A DNA stretch of 63,374 nucleotides, counting the filler, from Bacteriovoracaceae bacterium (lineage in GTDB: Bacteria > Bdellovibrionota > Bacteriovoracia > Bacteriovoracales > Bacteriovoracaceae), in NCBI GenBank assembly GCA_018649885.1. It is 4 parts of 4 records of this genome, joined end to end, with 100 filler letters (N's around TTAATTAATTAA, not from the genome) between each part and the next. Parts side by side here need not be neighbours in the genome. Positions count along the whole stretch, not along the records: positions 53,772 to 63,374 come from JABIHA010000117.1; 3 more parts are not named here. One strand, written 5' to 3'. The notes under the pieces were generated by a model. The model worked only from the letters and a program-made list of their open reading frames with translations. It did not search any database and had not been told where the DNA came from. Positions 58,464-63,374 of the stretch are shown piece by piece. Position 1 is the stretch's first letter; the number at the start of each line of letters is the position of its first letter. The position numbers and the translations under genes were made by a program.

Positions 58464-59878
58464 TACTACTTTTCCTGTTATTTTTTTTAGTTTCCTGCGG
58501 AAACCTGACTACCACTAAAAGTGTGGTTCAATTAGATTCAAAGCCTAGAGGCCTTTATGTTTATGATCACGAGAAAAAATTTGTTGGTCGTTCTCCCATT
58601 TTCTTGGAAGTAGATAAGGGTTTTCATTACCAATTTCACTATTCAGTCAAAAAAGATGGACCGCTAAAAAAGATGAGAAGGCATTGCCGTGTCAACTGGC
58701 TTGGCTCAGTTCTTCCAAATTCAATATTTTTGCCTTTCTTTCCAGCAGGGACTGCCATGGGGGCAAGCTTTTTGGGAACAGATTTGATCAATGGTGGGCT
58801 CAACGACTGCACTGAAAAATTCATTCTTAAGAGTAAAAATGGCGCGGGCAAAATTGCACGGCCTTTGGCACAAAGGCTTTTGATTCTTCCTCCTGAACAT
58901 TATGATGGAGTTGTGTCCAATTCTCTAGCAAGGCACTTCAAGAAAAACATTTTTCAAAAATTCCGAGTGAACCCTACTGATCAAGTGGTTTCCTTCAATC
59001 AAACTAGCTCGGATTTAAGATTTTTTGGAATCGATCACGACAACGCCAAAGATCTGAAAATTATGAGAGATGAAATTTATCTATATCTGGCACAGAAATA
59101 TCAAGTCACTGGGTTCGTCAAAATCACCTATAAAGATGGAGTGATGTACTCTCAAGTGATAGATGCTTTTACTAAGAAATATACCCCTTCTGTTTATAAT
59201 AAAAAGGTAAAGCTCACTATTAAGGGAATCAAAAAGCGTTCATCAATTATTCAATTTCTTGTGAAGTCTATTAGTTTATTACCCAATGCCGCCACAGTTA
59301 CTAAAACTGAGGGAGCGGCGACATTTAAGGTAGGGCCTGGAAGAGGAGAGGTGAATGAGGATAGGAGGAGTCATCCCGATGCCTTTCCAAAGTGGGCATC
59401 TTCTTTTGGAATAGAGACCATAAGACCCACTTTTTTCTATGGGATGTGGGACGCTGATGTTTGGATTTCTCCAGCAATGGGGCTTTCATCTTTTCAATAT
59501 AAAACAGATGTTCAAGGCCATGGAAACCTGGTTGTTAATTTTAGCTCACTTAACCTTTTTATGATGGGTAATGTCGCCTTGTTTACTCCTTTTGGGGCCC
59601 TTCAGTTAGGAGCAGGAATTGGAGGCAGCTATTTTGAGGGAAGGGATAATAAAGGCGGCGAATTTAAGAAAGGATCAACATTATACCGGATTTTGATATC
59701 ACATTACTTTTTTTGGAGTAGAAGAGTTTACAGCACCATTAATTTTTCTAGTAACCATTTTGGAAGTAATCCACCCTCTGGCACACTCTACGAGATGGAC
59801 CACTTCAATGAGGCCTCAATTGGGCTAGGGATGTATTTTCCAGAAGCCAAGTCTTTAACTCGTGCATTTTTTAAGTAA
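58460..59878 (+). CDS. lipoprotein with PEGA-like N-terminus and probable C-terminal beta-barrel
   Basis: Lipobox LVSC; LDSKPRG..V....VG.SP; amphipathic strands ending ASIGLGMYF. Confidence 0.65.
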   Translation: MILLFLLFFLVSCGNLTTTKSVVQLDSKPRGLYVYDHEKKFVGRSPIFLEVDKGFHYQFHYSVKKDGPLKKMRRHCRVNWLGSVLPNSIFLPFFPAGTAMGASFLGTDLINGGLNDCTEKFILKSKNGAGKIARPLAQRLLILPPEHYDGVVSNSLARHFKKNIFQKFRVNPTDQVVSFNQTSSDLRFFGIDHDNAKDLKIMRDEIYLYLAQKYQVTGFVKITYKDGVMYSQVIDAFTKKYTPSVYNKKVKLTIKGIKKRSSIIQFLVKSISLLPNAATVTKTEGAATFKVGPGRGEVNEDRRSHPDAFPKWASSFGIETIRPTFFYGMWDADVWISPAMGLSSFQYKTDVQGHGNLVVNFSSLNLFMMGNVALFTPFGALQLGAGIGGSYFEGRDNKGGEFKKGSTLYRILISHYFFWSRRVYSTINFSSNHFGSNPPSGTLYEMDHFNEASIGLGMYFPEAKSLTRAFFK

Positions 59879-59914
59879 ATGGCCAAAAATTTGTATTAGT
59901 ATTAAAATATAAGC

Positions 59915-61042
59915 ATGAGTGAAAGAAAAATGGGTTTAGTACTTACTGGAGGAGGAGCGAGAGGCGCCTACCAGGCAGGGGCCCTATCTGCGCTGCTCGA
60001 AATCGCACAACCTCATTTCAAGTCTTGGCCCTTTCCCGTCATTACAGGTACGAGTGCTGGTGCTATTAATGCCAGCTATATTGCTAGCGAGATTTTGGAT
60101 CGGCCGATGGCCCAATTGGCAGATGACTTGGTTGAGTTGTGGTCTGATATAAAAACACGAAATGTATTTCGAAGTGATCCCGTTTCCGTGGCATGGAATG
60201 GAGTCAAATGGATGAAAATGCTTTCAGCTGGAGGGCTTTTTCCTAGCAAGCGGGGTTTTGCTCTTTTTAATGCCACTCCACTTAGGATGTTTTTAGAAAG
60301 ACATATGGATATTTCAAAAATTGAAAGATCCATTGCCAGGGGGGCCCTACGAGGAATTGGGATAACAAGTGTTTGTTATAATAGCGGTGTAAGTCGAACC
60401 TTTTATCAAGGGAGCTCAGAGTTAAAAGACTGGCATAGAACACAAAGACATGGTGAAAGACATAAAATAGGGCTTCAACATATTATGGCGTCTGCCTCAA
60501 TTCCCATATTCTTTCCTCCTATCAAAATCGGTGAAAAATTTTATGGGGATGGCTCTCTTAGAGACTATACTCCGCTAAGTCCGGCCATAAAGATGGGGGC
60601 AGAAAAGCTTATCGTCATTGGAGTTAGAAAAAGTTACAAGCATGTTGAAGAGCATCTTGGTGCACCTGGACCTGCAAAAATTTTCAGTTTAATTTTAAAT
60701 GGTCTTCTTCTCGATTCTCTCGATTTAGATTTGGAAAGACTCCACCGCATTAATCAAACTGTAGGCGGGCTCGATTCTCCAGCGGATTTTAAGTTGAAAA
60801 AAGTCGATACTCTTGTCTTGTGTCCCTCACAAGATATAGGAGGAATCGCCGAAAGACATTTTGATGAACTCCCTGTATCACTCAAATATTTTATTAACGG
60901 TCTGGGTAAGCCGGAAGATACTGCAGATTTAATTAGTTATATTCTTTTTGAATCCGGGTTTACCGGTGATTTGATTGAGCTGGGAAGAAAAGATGTCTAC
61001 GCTCAAAAGAAAAAAGTGCTCGATTATCTTCTGATGGAGTAA
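59915..61042 (+). CDS. patatin-like phospholipase
   Basis: GGGARGAYQAG, GTSAG, DGS motifs. Confidence 0.93.
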   Translation: MSERKMGLVLTGGGARGAYQAGALSALLEIAQPHFKSWPFPVITGTSAGAINASYIASEILDRPMAQLADDLVELWSDIKTRNVFRSDPVSVAWNGVKWMKMLSAGGLFPSKRGFALFNATPLRMFLERHMDISKIERSIARGALRGIGITSVCYNSGVSRTFYQGSSELKDWHRTQRHGERHKIGLQHIMASASIPIFFPPIKIGEKFYGDGSLRDYTPLSPAIKMGAEKLIVIGVRKSYKHVEEHLGAPGPAKIFSLILNGLLLDSLDLDLERLHRINQTVGGLDSPADFKLKKVDTLVLCPSQDIGGIAERHFDELPVSLKYFINGLGKPEDTADLISYILFESGFTGDLIELGRKDVYAQKKKVLDYLLME

Positions 61043-61205
61043 TTTTTTTACGGAGCAAATTGACCCTCTATCTCACAATAAAACTAACAGCAGCTGTAAG
61101 CTTTAATAGATTCTAATAACTTGGGACTTCTCCTAACACCTCTTTTCAAATTTATTCTTGCAGCAAATCTCATTTTCTTACATATCTATAGGTGGGAGAG
61201 TAACT

Positions 61206-61817
61206 ATGAGGAAAATTATAACGCCACTATTTTTTTTAAGTCTGATTGCCTGTAACAACCAACCTAAATCACCTGAAGATATCGAACCACTCACGACAGA
61301 TGTGGGCGGACAAAGCAAGGGAGCCGCTGGTTGCGAGGGAATTAAATTCACATCAACAACTGATCAAAAAAAAGAAGAGCTTAAAACCATGCTCAGTGTA
61401 GGGATTTGGAAACAGCTTGAATGCGATTCAGGTCAAAACCAATTAGTTAGTTTTGGATCTGCTCTTGTTTTAGATCGTGAAGCACCATTTAGCTACAATA
61501 CTGGCAGTGTAGAGTGCAACGGACCTATTTTTTCAGCACCTTTGACTAGGCAGTTTCCAGCAGCATCAAAGGAGCTTAAAGGGGGCAATATTAGTGATGC
61601 CATTCAAGTTGATGGTCAGGATTATCATATTATTCAATTTGATCAATCTGATCTAGGTGGAGAGTACGACTGCATGAACCTCGCTATTAGTTTTCAGGGG
61701 GCAAATCTACAAATTAGTGAGAGTGACTACGATAGTGCCAAGTCAGGTCAGGCTAGAAGTACTCAGAGCGCGCAAGAGTTTATTGAATCATCTTCATTTT
61801 CCACATTTGGGAGGTAA
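61206..61817 (+). CDS. lipoprotein, unknown function
   Basis: GGGAG RBS, ATG 61206, lipobox LIAC. Confidence 0.75.
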   Translation: MRKIITPLFFLSLIACNNQPKSPEDIEPLTTDVGGQSKGAAGCEGIKFTSTTDQKKEELKTMLSVGIWKQLECDSGQNQLVSFGSALVLDREAPFSYNTGSVECNGPIFSAPLTRQFPAASKELKGGNISDAIQVDGQDYHIIQFDQSDLGGEYDCMNLAISFQGANLQISESDYDSAKSGQARSTQSAQEFIESSSFSTFGR

Positions 61818-61820
61818 TAA

Positions 61821-62027
61821 ATGAATAAGAGAAAACTAACAATTCCCAAGGATATTCATTTTCAAATGGATCAAAACTGTTTGAGGTATGATGTATCAGA
61901 TACTCGGTTTGGAAATATCAGTTGGCATCCTGATGCCTCTGAGCTTAATGTGAGTTTTACTTTTAGGGTTAAAGGAGTTACCCGTCATAAGAGCACTCCT
62001 TTGTTCGTTAAGAAATTCTTACGTTAA
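61821..62027 (+). CDS. small hypothetical protein
   Basis: GGAGG RBS; follows the upstream stop by 3 nt. Confidence 0.5.
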   Translation: MNKRKLTIPKDIHFQMDQNCLRYDVSDTRFGNISWHPDASELNVSFTFRVKGVTRHKSTPLFVKKFLR

Positions 62028-62830
62028 TTTAATTTGATAAATATATCAGATCCAATAATTTCAACACCTGGAATGGCTGCCTTTTTTAGTTGAAGTAAAA
62101 AGATTGATCTTAGCTCAAATCCACTTATTTTAAATGAGTTGAGTGTAAGCTTAATCTGTTTCTTTGCTCCCAGGTACTCAGTATCAAATTTTGCTGCAAT
62201 AGGAATTGGAAATAGACCGGGTATTTCACCTGTTACAGTAGTGCTGCCAAAAATTGTTTTAATATTTATATACTCAATGGTGTTGAGATTAATGGGAGTT
62301 CTCTTACCTGGAATTTTAAACTTTAGACCCATAGGTAGCTTGAGCATTGTAGAGTTGGCATCTAAATCGTAGAGAAGAGAGTAAATAGTGCTCTCCCAAC
62401 TTCTTTTAAATGGAGAAACTCTAATATCAGACGAAGAAATATTTAGGTTCTCTACTGCAAGAGTTCCTTTGATAAACTTCATTTTGAGATCATCAAGTCC
62501 AATACTTAATGTGGTTGGTTTGGTTTGAAAATCGAGAGAGTCCACATTGATAGACAAGACATCTTCAAAGACTGTCGGAAGTTTGTACTGAACACTGAAG
62601 TTGGCATTTTTGTGATAGATAGTATCATCTACGATTTTGGCATCAAATTTTGATGGGAAGTATTCAAAGACAACCCCATCTTTGTCAAAGTAGATCTTTT
62701 CAAAAGACACATTGCCTTTTAATTGGTCAGCAGTTAGTTGAAAATTTTTAACTTCAGATTTTACAAAACCAGCAAAAGCAGATGATAAGTAAAGAGATGA
62801 AAAGGCCAGTAGTATTAATTTGTTAAACAT
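62024..62830 (-). CDS. secreted beta-rich hypothetical protein
   Basis: GGGAGG RBS, ATG 62830, signal peptide ending AFA. Confidence 0.75.
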   Translation of the reverse strand: MFNKLILLAFSSLYLSSAFAGFVKSEVKNFQLTADQLKGNVSFEKIYFDKDGVVFEYFPSKFDAKIVDDTIYHKNANFSVQYKLPTVFEDVLSINVDSLDFQTKPTTLSIGLDDLKMKFIKGTLAVENLNISSSDIRVSPFKRSWESTIYSLLYDLDANSTMLKLPMGLKFKIPGKRTPINLNTIEYINIKTIFGSTTVTGEIPGLFPIPIAAKFDTEYLGAKKQIKLTLNSFKISGFELRSIFLLQLKKAAIPGVEIIGSDIFIKLN

Positions 62831-62953
62831 TAGATTCCCTCCCAATAGTTTTTTTCAAAATGAGACCATGCTTGGCAGAGAAGTTCAATGGTTTAGAGGT
62901 CGTGCCGCTTTGCTTTTAGTGGCAAAATGGTTCCAGATGATTAAACTATCTAG

Positions 62954-63253
62954 GTGAAAACACTTTTATTTTTGCCATTATTACTTTTTGTTACATTTTG
63001 TACTTCGAGAGACAGAATTGTTAAACACGAGGTCTGCGAGCTAGGTTATTGGAAAGAACACCGTTTTTACAAATCCCGCGAAGTCTTTTATCAGTCGAGC
63101 AAAAGCGAGCTTGGGTGCGGTGATTATGTTCACAAGCATCGCCCTGTGCTTAGAAAAACTTGCCAACGATTTGATGGTGACCAATATGGTTGGAGAATGA
63201 GAAGACATAAGGGTGGCTTTAAAAGAGAGAAGTTTGATTGCTATATACGCTAG
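62954..63253 (+). CDS. small Cys-containing lipoprotein-like protein
   Basis: Hydrophobic leader ending in Cys. Confidence 0.55.
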   Translation: MKTLLFLPLLLFVTFCTSRDRIVKHEVCELGYWKEHRFYKSREVFYQSSKSELGCGDYVHKHRPVLRKTCQRFDGDQYGWRMRRHKGGFKREKFDCYIR

Positions 63254-63297
63254 TACTCCATCCATTAAGTTTACTCTAATCAAACTTGATCTTTTTC

Positions 63298-63361
63298 AAT
63301 CTGAGATGCTTCACTCAATCGGCATACTTCAGTATGCCTCACTCGTTCAGCACCTCAGATT
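63298..63361. repeat. nested palindromic element
   Basis: Outer AATCTGAGATGCT...AGCACCTCAGATT; inner GGCATACT-TC-AGTATGCC. Confidence 0.6.
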
Positions 63362-63374
63362 AAAAAATCTCTGC

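Overview
AT-rich bacterial draft sequence, most likely a predatory Bdellovibrionota (Bacteriovorax/Halobacteriovorax-like; inferred from the TIGR02147-type regulator, RCC1 'CWG'-repeat and GGxDGSGG-type secreted proteins). Four contigs are joined by artificial N-TTAATTAATTAA-N linkers (20230-20329, 38715-38814, 53672-53771), so adjacency across them is unproven. About half the window encodes large surface or secreted repeat proteins: two tandem Ig-like/FGE-fold lipoproteins, two CARDB lipoproteins, two RCC1-repeat proteins, a 14-blade FG-GAP protein and a GLUG adhesin. Two accessory loci stand out. (1) At 23113-25558 a Y1/HUH (RAYT-like) transposase is bounded by a ~22-bp inverted end motif (GTACGTGGTTCCYWTGGMGACT). 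Each end carries a telomere-like stutter array whose copies all start 6 nt before the motif, are variably truncated, and are joined by G-rich linkers; a third end encloses a fic gene as possible cargo. (2) At 39541-49219 the tmRNA gene (ssrA) hosts a ~6.5-kb tyrosine-integrase element (int, xis, nucleases, resolvase, terminase-small-like gene). It is followed by further copies of the tmRNA 3' core, each with an identically spaced ACTAC doublet, that delimit small integrase-less cargo cassettes. The right end holds ordinary genes (EamA, DEDDh/GIY-YIG nuclease, patatin). All family calls come from motif recognition by eye, not from database searches.
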